A stretch of DNA of 64,000 bases, taken from NCBI GenBank assembly GCA_050247075.1, contig JBFWUW010000020.1, positions 26,877 to 90,876 of the forward strand, read 5' to 3'. This document shows positions 47,809 to 57,947 of the stretch, piece after piece (the first letter of the stretch is position 1; every line of letters begins with the position of its first letter). This stretch comes from Pirellulales bacterium. GTDB taxonomy: Bacteria; Planctomycetota; Planctomycetia; Pirellulales; JBFWUW01. The translations under genes were made by a program, and so were the position numbers. The notes beneath the pieces were generated by a model, which searched no databases, had not been told where the DNA came from, and worked only from the letters and a program-made list of their open reading frames with translations.

Positions 47809-49107
47809 ATGACGAAACCTTTTGACCCGTATCACCATTGGCTGGCCATTCCGCCAGCCGAACAGCCGGCCAATTGCTACCGGTTACTGGGAGTGGCTCA
47901 ATTTGAGAGTGATCCGTCGGTGATTGAGTCGGCCGCGGACCGCCAGATGGCCCATGTGCGCACGTTTGCTTCGGGACCGCACGCCGCCGTTTCGCAACGG
48001 ATGCTGAACGAGTTGTCGCAAGCTCGCGTGACATTGCTCGATCCAAAACGCCGAGTGGCCTACGACACCGTTCTCAAGCGGGCCGCGCCGGCCGACCGTG
48101 TGGAAGAGGCACCGCGCCCCGTCGCGGTCCAGGGCAAGCCGGTGATCGTGGAGCCGCCGCCGGGGATGTCCGCCGAGCCAAGGCAGCTTGGTCCCTACAA
48201 GATCGAAGAGCGCATCACCAGCAGCGCGTTGGGGGTAATCTACAAAGCGTCTGACACGCGCGACGGAAGGAATGTCTCCATCAAAATCCTTCCACCCCAA
48301 GCTGCCCGCAACCCAGAGATCCTCAAGCGCTTTCGCCGCGAATGCGATCTAATGACCAAACTCGACCATCCGCATCTCATCGCGGGCATCGAGGCGGGCG
48401 AAGAGCGGGGCGTGCCGTATCTGGTTACGGAATACGTCGTGGGCATGGACCTGGGTACGTTGGTGCAAACGCATGGCCCGCTAGATGTCGATTACGCCCG
48501 CGACTACCTGGCACAAGCGGCCCGGGCGCTAATGCAGTTGCACTTCAATGGCGTGTTTCACCGCAATCTAAAACCGCAAGTGCTGTTGGTCGATCTGTCG
48601 GGCCGGCTGCGGGTGACCAATCTCCTGTTGGCCAAGGTCTTGGAAGGCTCGGAATTTGACCCCGGCGAGCAACTGACCCAAATGGGCCAAATGGTGGGAA
48701 GCGCCGACTACATGGCACCCGAGCAAGCCGCCAACCCGCACGGTGTGGATGCGAGGGCCGACGTTTACTCCCTGGGCTGCACGCTGTACTTCTTGTTGAC
48801 GGGCAAGCCGCCGTTCGGCGGTAAATCCCTGGTGCATACCTTGCAAGCCCACCGGCAGTCGCCCATACCGTTGCTGCAAGACGTCCGCGACGACGTTCCC
48901 AACGACCTGGAACTGATCTACGAACGGATGATGCAAAAAGAAGCCGACGCCCGCTACCAAGAGTTGGGTTCGCTGGTGGAAGCGTTGGAGGGCCAAACTA
49001 AAGGCCGGGGACGCAAACGGGGACCGTCGATGAACACAATTATCGCCATTGCCGTGACCGCGCTCATCATGGTGGTGATTTTATCCTGGTTGGCTCTGTC
49101 GAAATGA
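47809..49107 (+). CDS. J-like domain + Ser/Thr kinase-fold (probable pseudokinase) + C-terminal TM
   Basis: MTKPFDPYHHWLAIP...; VSIKIL, RFRRE, HRNLKP, VTNLLLAK, YMAPEQ, DVYSLG; C-terminal IIAIAVTALIMVVILSWL. Confidence 0.85.
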   Translation: MTKPFDPYHHWLAIPPAEQPANCYRLLGVAQFESDPSVIESAADRQMAHVRTFASGPHAAVSQRMLNELSQARVTLLDPKRRVAYDTVLKRAAPADRVEEAPRPVAVQGKPVIVEPPPGMSAEPRQLGPYKIEERITSSALGVIYKASDTRDGRNVSIKILPPQAARNPEILKRFRRECDLMTKLDHPHLIAGIEAGEERGVPYLVTEYVVGMDLGTLVQTHGPLDVDYARDYLAQAARALMQLHFNGVFHRNLKPQVLLVDLSGRLRVTNLLLAKVLEGSEFDPGEQLTQMGQMVGSADYMAPEQAANPHGVDARADVYSLGCTLYFLLTGKPPFGGKSLVHTLQAHRQSPIPLLQDVRDDVPNDLELIYERMMQKEADARYQELGSLVEALEGQTKGRGRKRGPSMNTIIAIAVTALIMVVILSWLALSK

Positions 49108-49114
49108 CCTAACC

Positions 49115-49170
49115 TGTAGTAGGCGATTCCATCGCCGAACCGTTTTGTAGGAGGCGATTCCATCGCCGAT
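49115..49170 (+). repeat. Direct REP doublet
   Basis: TGTAGTAGGCGATTCCATCGCCGAA (49115-39) and TGTAGGAGGCGATTCCATCGCCGAT (49146-70). Confidence 0.85.
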
Positions 49171-49219
49171 GCCTCCAATCTTATGACAACTATTCGCACT
49201 CCTTTCACCGATAGGCATC

Positions 49220-49942
49220 ATGGATTATCCCCAACTAGACGTTATCGCCGTGGGGGCCCACCCGGACGACGTGGAGATTGCTTGCGGCGGCACGCTTTGC
49301 AAGTTGGCGCGGCAAGGATACCGCGTGGGGATTATCGACCTGACCGACGGCGAGCCCACACCCAAATCGCCCGGTCCCGAAGTGCGGCTGGAAGAAGCCC
49401 GCCGCGCGGCCGAGGTATTGGGCGTGCATGTCCGCACGACTTTGAACTTGCCCAACCGGCGGCTGTTTGACTCGTTCGAGGCCCGCGTCATGCTGGCCAA
49501 GGAATTTCGAAAGCATCGGCCAAAGGTCGTGCTGGGCTTTGGTGAAAAGACGCCACTGGCCTCGCCCGACCACTACCAGGCGATGCAAATCACCGATGCG
49601 GCGGTGTTCTACTCGCGGCTGACCAAGTGGGACGAACACTTCGACGATCTGCCGGTGCATACCATTCCCGTGCTGATGTATTTTCGTCTGGCCTTTACCT
49701 CGGTGGACTCGCCCGTGGGTGCCGGCCGGCTGGTGGTCGATATCAGCGACGAATTAGAGACCAAGCTCGAGGCGGTTCGCTGCTACCAGACCCAGTTTCC
49801 TCCTGAAAAGTCGCACGTCTTCGACCGCATTTCCTCCATTGACCGGCATCACGGCCTGTTGGCCGGCTACGCCGCCGGCGAATTGTTGACCTGCACGCGG
49901 CTGCCTGGCACTCGGAATCTGATGCAGTTCCTATTCGGGTGA
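49220..49942 (+). CDS. PIG-L/LmbE family deacetylase (BshB1-like)
   Basis: [46 protein letters not shown]. Confidence 0.9.
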   Translation: MDYPQLDVIAVGAHPDDVEIACGGTLCKLARQGYRVGIIDLTDGEPTPKSPGPEVRLEEARRAAEVLGVHVRTTLNLPNRRLFDSFEARVMLAKEFRKHRPKVVLGFGEKTPLASPDHYQAMQITDAAVFYSRLTKWDEHFDDLPVHTIPVLMYFRLAFTSVDSPVGAGRLVVDISDELETKLEAVRCYQTQFPPEKSHVFDRISSIDRHHGLLAGYAAGELLTCTRLPGTRNLMQFLFG

Positions 49943-50204
49943 TGTTCTTTGGCCCTTGCCGTTACAAATTGCCTGCCCTGCCGTTTCCGCGGGCGCGTCA
50001 TTCGGTGGACACTTTCGCCAGCCGCATCGCCCTCAACTTCCATCGCGGCGATATCCCGGAAAGCTCTGCCGGTCAGTCCGAATAAATCAATGCGGTCGCT
50101 GCGAATTGGGCGAAATCGCGCGCCGAACCGTAACATTCCTTGACTTTATGCGCTACAATTGAGTGGGGGAGAGACCCGATTTTTTTGTTGAGACCCGAGC
50201 CGCC

Positions 50205-50639
50205 ATGAAAGCCGCCATCGACTCTAACGCCGCAGCTTCCGAAATCACTCCAACGCGGGCCAGCCAAGTGCTGGCCTGTCCGCTTTGCCATGCCGATTGC
50301 GGCGGCAAACCGCTCCCCTTGGGCGATACCGCTTGCCCCCAATGCAACCAGACGTTGTGGGTCATGCGCGACGGCGGGCAGTTGCATTTGCTGGATGCCC
50401 GGCAAATTCCCGAGGAAGTGCGGGCCTGGCTGCAAAGCGTTTTCGTGCAGTTGGAAATCGACCGCATCGAAGCCCTGGACGGCTTGGAGGCCGACTCCCT
50501 TGAGACGCTATCGCTGATTATGGAGTTGGAAGACGCCTTTGAGGTGCGCGTCAGCAATCCCGGTGCCACGGACATCCGCACCGTAGGGGATGCCTTGCGC
50601 TACCTGGAACGGCAACTTCGCCAACAGCACGCTGGGTAG
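50205..50639 (+). CDS. Zinc-ribbon + acyl carrier protein-like fusion
   Basis: CPLC...CPQC then LEADSLETLSLIMELEDAFEV...IRTVGDALRYL (Ser in DSL). Confidence 0.75.
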   Translation: MKAAIDSNAAASEITPTRASQVLACPLCHADCGGKPLPLGDTACPQCNQTLWVMRDGGQLHLLDARQIPEEVRAWLQSVFVQLEIDRIEALDGLEADSLETLSLIMELEDAFEVRVSNPGATDIRTVGDALRYLERQLRQQHAG

Positions 50640-50649
50640 GTCACGGCCA

Positions 50650-51387
50650 ATGGCTGCCGGCAAAGAGGCTCGCATGGCCGAGGCGGTTGCATATGTCGCC
50701 GATGTCTCGTCCGTGAAGGAGGTCTCGCTGTTGGGCACGGTCGACCTGGAACTTTGCCGCGCGACACTGCAAGATCAAGGACTCTCTCCCGTTGAAGGCG
50801 ACGGTCGCGCGCGGATGGTCGTTAGTGCCACCGACGCCCGTTTTCACGGCATCCGTTTCCGGGAGTGGACCTGCGGACTGTTTGTCCGCCCACCCGACGG
50901 CAGCCCCTTTGCAGAAGGCCTGTACTTGATCCACGCGTTTAACTCGTTGCGGCTATTCGCCTGGATCGAGCGCAATTGCTTTTCCACGCCGTATTACCAC
51001 GGCACGATCGAGGCCCAGCCGTCGCTGCCAGCCGGAATCAGATTGTCGGTGGGCAAGAGGCTGGTCTTTGAAGCCGCCATGTCGTCACGACATTTGGCAC
51101 GGCAATCGAGCGACAGCCTGACGCAGACTTGGAGCGGTCCTATCTTCTTGCCGCGGCAGCCGGGCGATCATGGTCCCGGCAAGTGGTTTCAGGCACTGCT
51201 TGCGGGGGAGACGCAAACGCATGCCTTCATGGCCGAGGACCGTCTGACGTTAGATGCCTCATCCTCGGATCTTTTCATGCGTTGGCTGGTGGATTCCAAC
51301 TTCATGCCGCAAGTATGGTCGATTCGGCAAGCAGCCCGCCACGCCAGGTCCAAGACGTTTGCCAGGCAACCGGCACCCGCCGTTTGA
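50650..51387 (+). CDS. Hypothetical protein (possibly acetoacetate-decarboxylase/DUF2071-like fold)
   Basis: ~245-aa ORF directly after the ACP-like gene; GIRFRE...GLYL..AFNS...FSTPYY. Confidence 0.6.
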   Translation: MAAGKEARMAEAVAYVADVSSVKEVSLLGTVDLELCRATLQDQGLSPVEGDGRARMVVSATDARFHGIRFREWTCGLFVRPPDGSPFAEGLYLIHAFNSLRLFAWIERNCFSTPYYHGTIEAQPSLPAGIRLSVGKRLVFEAAMSSRHLARQSSDSLTQTWSGPIFLPRQPGDHGPGKWFQALLAGETQTHAFMAEDRLTLDASSSDLFMRWLVDSNFMPQVWSIRQAARHARSKTFARQPAPAV

Positions 51388-51475
51388 CTCACGCCCCGGC
51401 GCATGCTGGAATATCGCCTGAATAAATAGTCTCGGAGGGTCCTACCGTATTCGGCGTTTTCTTGGAGCTACTTTC

Positions 51476-52384
51476 TTGTCTGCTTCGCATCCGATTCGCG
51501 GCGTGTTGCCAGTATTTCAAACACCGTTTTTGGAAGATGAGTCAATCGACTTCGGCACGCTCCAGCGTGAGGTTGAATGGCTGTACGACCGCGGTGCCGA
51601 TGGCATTGTGATGGCGATGGTTTCAGAGACTCTGCGGCTCTCCAGCGAGGAGCGCGAGCAATTGGCCGCCGCCGCCTGCCGCTTTGGATGCGATCGCGGC
51701 GCGGTTGTGATCAGCGTGGGGGCCGAAAGCAGCCGGCTGGCCGAGCGATACTCGCGGCAAGCCGAAGCCGCCGGCGCGCATGCCGTCATGGCCATTCCGC
51801 CCGTTTCCGTGGGCCTGGCGGATGATGAACTGCTGCGGTACTACGAACGGATCATTCGCTGCCTGAACATTCCCGTGATCGTGCAAGACGCCAGCGGGTA
51901 CGTCGGCCGGCCGATGTCGATCGACCTGCAAGCTCGGCTGCTAAAAGAGTTTGGCGACCGTGTGCGTTATAAGCCAGAAGCCAACCCCATCGGCCCGCGA
52001 TTGACGGCGCTGCGGCAAGCGACCGGCGGCCAGGCCCAGGTGTTCGAAGGTACCGGTGGCATTGCTTTGGTGGAAAGCCACGCCCGCGGCATTGTGGGGA
52101 CAATGCCCGGCGCTGAAATGATCGACGGGCTGGTGGCCTTGTGGCGTGCCTTGGAGGCCGGCGACTCGCGGCGTGTCGAACGGCTGGCCCCCCTGGTGGC
52201 GATCATCGTATCGCTGCAAACCAGTCTGGACGCCTTCCTGGCCGTGGAAAAGTATCTGCTGCGGAAGCAGGGCATCTTTTCCAACGAACATGTCCGCGGC
52301 CCGCGCGGCTATGCCTTGGACGATATTACCCGCCAGCAAGTCGACCGCTGGTTTAGCCTGCTGCAAGCAGTCCTGGCGGAGTGA
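51476..52384 (+). CDS. DHDPS/N-acetylneuraminate lyase family aldolase
   Basis: GVLPVFQTPF..DESIDF, GADGIV, AVMAIPP, PVIVQD, catalytic Lys in YKPE. Confidence 0.88.
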   Translation: MSASHPIRGVLPVFQTPFLEDESIDFGTLQREVEWLYDRGADGIVMAMVSETLRLSSEEREQLAAAACRFGCDRGAVVISVGAESSRLAERYSRQAEAAGAHAVMAIPPVSVGLADDELLRYYERIIRCLNIPVIVQDASGYVGRPMSIDLQARLLKEFGDRVRYKPEANPIGPRLTALRQATGGQAQVFEGTGGIALVESHARGIVGTMPGAEMIDGLVALWRALEAGDSRRVERLAPLVAIIVSLQTSLDAFLAVEKYLLRKQGIFSNEHVRGPRGYALDDITRQQVDRWFSLLQAVLAE

Positions 52385-52465
52385 TGCGGACGACTCCGCG
52401 AGACAATTTGCGGTAAGCCGCGACTGCCGCTGAAGTAACTCCGCCCGTATAATAAGGCGAAGGGC

Positions 52466-54841
52466 ATGCAATACAACTACTCGCACGGAGGACAACGGTT
52501 GACCGACTTGCTGGCCGATCTTACCGACGCGCAGCGGCAAGCCGTTGAGCACACCGACGGGGCACTGCTGATTCTGGCGGGGCCTGGCAGCGGCAAGACG
52601 CGGGTGATTACGCACCGCATTGCCTGGATGCTGCGGCAGGGGATTCGGCCCGAGTCGATCTTGGCGCTTACCTTTACCAACAAGGCCGCCGAGGAAATGC
52701 GCTCCCGCGTGGCCAATCTGGCGCCAGGGCGGAACGTATGGATGAGCACGTTCCACCGCTTCTGTGCGCGTTCTCTGCGGCAGTACGCCGAGCATGTCGG
52801 GCTGGAGCCAAATTTCGCCATCTACGATACCAGTGACAGCCGCACGCTGCTGAGGCAGGCGATGGTCTTCCTGAAGCTGGAGGACTCGCGCTTTAGCAGC
52901 GACCAGATCGCCGCTGGAATCAGTTGGGCCAAGAACAACCTGATCTCGGCCCAGGACTACAAGCCCGATTTCGGCAATCCGCTAGGTGCCGTGGTGGCGC
53001 AGACCTACCCCCTTTACCAGGCCAGGCTGCTCAAGGCTAACGCCGTGGACTTCGACGACCTGCTATTGCATACGGCCACGCTGTTGCGGGAGAACCCCGA
53101 ACTGCGAAGCAGGCTGGATATGCGGTACCGCTACATCATGGTCGATGAGTACCAGGACACCAATCTGGCGCAATACACCATTGTGCGGGGCCTGTCGATC
53201 GACCAGCCCAACTTGGCCGTGACGGGCGACCCCGACCAGTCGATCTACGGTTGGCGCGGCGCGAACCTGCGCAACATCCTCGACTTTGAGAATGACTATC
53301 CGCACGTCCATGTGGTGCGGTTGGAGCAAAACTATCGCAGCACCAAACGCATTTTGCGGGCCGCCGGCCAACTGATCGGCAACAACCGCAAGCGGAAGGT
53401 TAAGGAACTCTACACCGAGAACAGCGAAGGCCCGCCGGTGCGGCTGACGCGGCATGCCACGCAGCAGACCGAGTCCGAGGCGATCGCCGCCCGTATCGCC
53501 GGAGAGATAAGGGCCGGCAGGCGGCGGCCTCGCGATTTCGCCATTTTTTACCGGACGAACGCCCTGTCGCGTGTGGTTGAGTACGGGCTGCGCGACCTGG
53601 GCATTCCGTACCAGATGATCAACGGAGTGGAGTTTTATCAACGGAAAGAGATCAAAGATGTGCTGTCGTACCTGGCACTGCTGAACAATCCCCGCAACGA
53701 GGTGGCCTTGCTGCGGATTATCAATACGCCGGCGCGGGCGATTGGCAAGACGACCATCGAGCGCCTGCAAGGTTTTGCCGTGGACCAAAAGTGTTCGCTG
53801 CTAGAGGCTGCCCGGCAGAGCGGAGTGGTGCCTGGGGTGACGGGCCGGTCGGCGGTGGCGGTGGCCAAATTCGTGGCCCTGATCGACCGGCTGATGCTGT
53901 TGTCGGTGAGGCCGGTCGAAGAGGTGCTGTTTCATGTGCTGACCGAGTCGGGCTACGAGGATGCGTTGCGCAATTCCAATGCCGAGGAAGACCAGGAGCG
54001 GCTGGCCAACATTCAAGAGCTGCTCTCGGCGGCCCGGCAATTTGACGAGCGCAACCCCGGCCTGGGCCATCTGGAGGAGTTCTTGGAAGAGACCTCGCTG
54101 GTGAACGACACCGACGAATGGGAAGCCAACGGCGACCGCGTGACGTTGATGACGCTGCATGCCTCGAAGGGGCTGGAATTCCCGGTGGTGTTTATCATGG
54201 CCGTGGAGCAAGGACTACTGCCGCACGAACGGAGCAAGGAAGACCCCGACCAACTGGAGGAAGAACGCCGACTGCTGTTCGTGGGCATGACGCGGGCTCG
54301 CGAGGAACTGCATCTCAGCCATGCCCAACAGCGAGAATTTCGCGGGCGTCGCGATTGGGCCGTTCCCAGCCAGTTTTTGTTTGAACTGCCGCGCGAGGAA
54401 ATGACACAAGAGGACGAATTGGGCGGCGCACGGTTGGCCGAGGCCATGGACGAAGCCAGCCAGATTTCACCCGGCGGAGCGGACGACCTGCCGGTATGGA
54501 GCCGGCCAGGAGATATTTCCCATTCATCTGGCGTAAACTTGCCCTGCAGTCGCGAACCTCAGGCCCCAGCCAGTGGCACGCCGGCGTCCTTGCCAGGCTT
54601 GGCGGCGCTGACGACGGCCGCCGAATTGCATGCCGAACAAAGTTCATCCTTTGCCGCCAGCCAGCATGATGAGTTCCGCGTCGGCACGATTGTCCGCCAC
54701 ACCGAGTTTGGATTGGGCAAGATTGTTTCGCTCAGCGGCGGCGGTGCCCGGCGCTGCGCTACCGTGGCCTTCGCCTCACAAGCTGGTCAACGAACCTTTG
54801 TGCTGGCCAGCGCGCCATTGCAAGCCATGCGCCCGGGCTGA
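52466..54841 (+). CDS. pcrA: PcrA/UvrD superfamily 1 DNA helicase
   Basis: AGPGSGKT, TFTNKAA, VDEYQD, GDPDQSIYGWRGA, LEQNYRS, TLHASKGLEF, EEERRL; TTG 52499 after GGAGG is an alternative start. Confidence 0.96.
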   Translation: MQYNYSHGGQRLTDLLADLTDAQRQAVEHTDGALLILAGPGSGKTRVITHRIAWMLRQGIRPESILALTFTNKAAEEMRSRVANLAPGRNVWMSTFHRFCARSLRQYAEHVGLEPNFAIYDTSDSRTLLRQAMVFLKLEDSRFSSDQIAAGISWAKNNLISAQDYKPDFGNPLGAVVAQTYPLYQARLLKANAVDFDDLLLHTATLLRENPELRSRLDMRYRYIMVDEYQDTNLAQYTIVRGLSIDQPNLAVTGDPDQSIYGWRGANLRNILDFENDYPHVHVVRLEQNYRSTKRILRAAGQLIGNNRKRKVKELYTENSEGPPVRLTRHATQQTESEAIAARIAGEIRAGRRRPRDFAIFYRTNALSRVVEYGLRDLGIPYQMINGVEFYQRKEIKDVLSYLALLNNPRNEVALLRIINTPARAIGKTTIERLQGFAVDQKCSLLEAARQSGVVPGVTGRSAVAVAKFVALIDRLMLLSVRPVEEVLFHVLTESGYEDALRNSNAEEDQERLANIQELLSAARQFDERNPGLGHLEEFLEETSLVNDTDEWEANGDRVTLMTLHASKGLEFPVVFIMAVEQGLLPHERSKEDPDQLEEERRLLFVGMTRAREELHLSHAQQREFRGRRDWAVPSQFLFELPREEMTQEDELGGARLAEAMDEASQISPGGADDLPVWSRPGDISHSSGVNLPCSREPQAPASGTPASLPGLAALTTAAELHAEQSSSFAASQHDEFRVGTIVRHTEFGLGKIVSLSGGGARRCATVAFASQAGQRTFVLASAPLQAMRPG

Positions 54842-54955
54842 GGCTTGGAGAGAAGGCGGAACGCATCAAATACCGGTGCCAATCAAAGAAGCGAGCCTCT
54901 GGCAATGATGCCAGAGGCTCGCTTGGTCGTTAAATTTCTTCAACGTAACGGCGGT

Positions 54956-56149
54956 CTAGCGAAACGCAGGGATTCGCAAACGGCCAATTCTGGCGGTGGA
55001 TTCCTCGGACGATTCGCCATCGGCGGTGACCGGGGGAGCTTCCTCGTACTCTTCGGCCTGGAAATACTCGTCCTCGGCCGGTGCTTCGGAGAGTTGCCGC
55101 GTCTCCACGTTCAGCAGCACGCCATCTTCGGCCCAGGTGGTCCAGCGATCGACTTGCTGGCCGGCGATGTACGAGCCTTCCATTTGCTTCTGGCCATTCT
55201 GGTGCCAGAAGACCCATTTGCCAGTGGGGGCATTATCCAAGAACCGGCCTTCGCAGAACTTTTGACCGTTAGCATACCACCAGGTCCACAAGCCGCTCTT
55301 CTCGTCCACACCCGCATCGGCCGCGTTGGCGTACACAATGTTGGCGTTCCACCAATCGTACTTGGATTCAACGGGTTGCTTGGCGAACAGCGTGTCCCCT
55401 TCCACCCGCTTCTTGCCCGGAGCGTGCCAATACGTTGTCTTGGCCAGGCGGCGGCCGTTGATAAAGGTCTCGTCCTCGGTCAGTTGGTCCTTCATGTTCC
55501 AGGCCAGCAACTTGCCGTTGATGACGCCGTTTTGGTAGTCAACCTCGCGGGCCCGCTGTCCATTGGGATACATCCAGACCGACTTGCCGTGCCGTTGGCC
55601 ATGTTCGAACCGCCAAATGCTGACCTTCAGGCGGCGGGCGTCGTACACGGTCCAGGTGCCGTGCAGTTGGCCATCGTATAACTGCACTTCCGAGACAAAC
55701 GGCTTCTGAAACAGCTTATGAACTTGCGTGTCCAGCAGTGACCCTTCGTTTGGTTCGTACCATCGAACCCAGGTGCCGTGATGCCGGCCCAGGTAGTACT
55801 CGCCGGCACCAGTCTTTTGGCCGGTCTGGCTGTATTGCACAAACGCGCCATGGTTGACGTAGTTGCCGTCGGCATCCTGGGTCACGTACCGCTGGACGCG
55901 GATATTGCCATTGGGATACCGCTCTTGGATCAGCTCTTGACGCGGCTTTTCGTCCGTATCCTGGGCGTCGTCGATGTCATCGGATTCGGCGGCCGCCGTC
56001 TCGACCTGTTCGATACGGGTTTGCGCGTTGAGCACACCACCCGGTCCCAGACGACGGGCCGTGGGGGGGGCAGCATCGGCCAGAGACCACCCTGCTAATG
56101 CCAGACCGAGGGCCAGCCCGGCCGTCTTCTTGGAGAGTATCTTGAACAT
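54956..56149 (-). CDS. Exported MORN-variant repeat protein (YwqK-like)
   Basis: Signal peptide; repeats such as HGTWVRWY, HGKSVWMYPNGQ, GLWTWWYANGQK, GKWVFWHQNGQK. Confidence 0.82.
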   Translation of the reverse strand: MFKILSKKTAGLALGLALAGWSLADAAPPTARRLGPGGVLNAQTRIEQVETAAAESDDIDDAQDTDEKPRQELIQERYPNGNIRVQRYVTQDADGNYVNHGAFVQYSQTGQKTGAGEYYLGRHHGTWVRWYEPNEGSLLDTQVHKLFQKPFVSEVQLYDGQLHGTWTVYDARRLKVSIWRFEHGQRHGKSVWMYPNGQRAREVDYQNGVINGKLLAWNMKDQLTEDETFINGRRLAKTTYWHAPGKKRVEGDTLFAKQPVESKYDWWNANIVYANAADAGVDEKSGLWTWWYANGQKFCEGRFLDNAPTGKWVFWHQNGQKQMEGSYIAGQQVDRWTTWAEDGVLLNVETRQLSEAPAEDEYFQAEEYEEAPPVTADGESSEESTARIGRLRIPAFR

Positions 56150-56644
56150 GACTGAGCCTCCTGCTCTTGTCGAAATTGTTCCGTATCCGGCCCCTTCCGA
56201 ACGGAAACAGCCGTGCCCGATTGGTGCATCAACTAGGGATTGCCTTGCTGTTGCCGCCGCATCAGGTCGCCCGGCGATCATCCTCACGCCGTGCTATCAC
56301 TACCTTCGGCATAGGCGTTACAGTCGGGTCAGAATTGTTCGCTGCCGCGGCAGAACTGTTACGGACGGCAAATCCTAACAATCCGGCAAGGCCGCGTCGA
56401 TCCGATTAACGATATCGGATGGCACCGGATGGCCAGGCAGCCCATGTGCAGACATCATTGCGTAAACTTAATGAGCAAAGCATGTTACGCATGCATATCG
56501 GCATGAAGCAACCCAAACGGAGAGCCAAAACCGGCGTTGAGCCAGGAGAGAGGTTTTCGTACTGTACGGCGGATTGGCCCTGGTAATGTCGCTGGAAGTG
56601 GCTGGCCAATTCATTTCCCCAGACCGTCACGGGATGCACGGACC

Positions 56645-57883
56645 ATGAGCGTGATCTTGTTCGAGGACAACCTCGTTCCGCAGTTGTCGCCCATCACCAT
56701 CGGGCGGCCCGCCTTTCAGATCAGTTGCGGCAGCTACCGGCTGGTCGATATTGCCACGCGGTTGGGCCAAGGGGTTGATTGGATCGTTCGTCCGCATCTG
56801 CGGAGTGTGTTGCAGGCCGACCACGCGGCGTTCCCTTGGACACCCGTGCGGCCGGGCGGTGCCACACTGCTGGTCAATGCGCGGCTTGTTCCGTCGGTCG
56901 TGGTGGCGGGCCGCTTGCAGGCTATGCTGGAAGCGGGGCAGCCCAGCCTGGTCCGCACGGGCGACCATATCGCGGCGGCGTTGTTGCCCGCCGGCGCGGC
57001 ACCGCCGGCCAGCGATCTGGAACCACACGAACTAGAATTGTATCTGCGGCACTTTCCCATGCAGTCGCGAGAATTGGATCTGCCGTTGTTTGAATACCCG
57101 CACGATATTCTGCGGCACCACTTATTGACGCTTAACGACAACCTGGCCCACCGCCTGGCGACCGGCACTTACCAGGAAGTCGCCGATGGCGTATTTGTGG
57201 CACCTGGCGCACGGCTGGGGCAATACGTCACCACCGATACCAAGGCCGGTCCCGTAGTGTTGGAAGCCGACGCCGCCATTGGCCCGTACTGTTTTTTGCG
57301 TGGGCCGGCCCATTTGGGACCGCGCGCCCGCGTGAACGAACATTCCGCGATTAAAGACCATGTGGCGCTGGGGCACACCACCAAAATCGGCGGCGAGGTC
57401 GAGGCTTCGATCATCGAACCCTACTCGAACAAGCAGCATCACGGATTCATCGGCCATAGCTACCTGGGGAGTTGGATCAACCTGGGGGCCGGTACTTGCA
57501 ACAGCGATCTCAAAAACACCTACGGCCAGGTGAACATGCAATACCACGGCCGCAAGGTAGCCACCGGCATGCAGTTCTTGGGATGCATTATGGGCGACTA
57601 TGCCAAGAGCGCCATTAACACCGGCATCTTCACCGGCAAGACGGTAGGGGCCTGCAGCATGTTGTACGGTTTCGTCACCACCAATGTTCCCAGCTTCGTG
57701 AACTACGCGCGGCTGTTCGACCAGGTGACGGAAGCCCCCGTGGAAGTCATGGTGGCCACGCAGGCCCGCATGTTCGCTCGCCGAAGCGTGGTACAGCGTC
57801 CTTGCGACATGCAGCTCTTGCACGACATGTACGCGCTGACCAGCCACGAACGGCAGTTGGCGGGTGAACCACTGGCGTTTTGA
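56645..57883 (+). CDS. GlmU-related putative sugar nucleotidyltransferase / hexapeptide acyltransferase
   Basis: MSVILFED...LSPITIGRPAF, hexapeptide repeats, KIGGEVEAS, SNKQHHGFIGHSYLGSWINLGAGTCNSDLKN. Confidence 0.85.
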   Translation: MSVILFEDNLVPQLSPITIGRPAFQISCGSYRLVDIATRLGQGVDWIVRPHLRSVLQADHAAFPWTPVRPGGATLLVNARLVPSVVVAGRLQAMLEAGQPSLVRTGDHIAAALLPAGAAPPASDLEPHELELYLRHFPMQSRELDLPLFEYPHDILRHHLLTLNDNLAHRLATGTYQEVADGVFVAPGARLGQYVTTDTKAGPVVLEADAAIGPYCFLRGPAHLGPRARVNEHSAIKDHVALGHTTKIGGEVEASIIEPYSNKQHHGFIGHSYLGSWINLGAGTCNSDLKNTYGQVNMQYHGRKVATGMQFLGCIMGDYAKSAINTGIFTGKTVGACSMLYGFVTTNVPSFVNYARLFDQVTEAPVEVMVATQARMFARRSVVQRPCDMQLLHDMYALTSHERQLAGEPLAF

Positions 57884-57910
57884 TCCCGGCCAGGAAAAAG
57901 GGCGACGCTT

Positions 57911-57940
57911 CCGTGGCGTGGGCTAAATCCCACACCACGG
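57911..57940. terminator. Hairpin between convergent genes (REP-like)
   Basis: CCGTGGCGTGGG-CTAAAT-CCCACACCACGG. Confidence 0.45.
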
Positions 57941-57947
57941 CGAGGCC

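Noticed and set aside
54956-56149. Toxin-antitoxin system suggested by YwqK-like repeats
   Set aside because: No adjacent toxin gene; the protein has a signal peptide and MORN-variant repeats are generic
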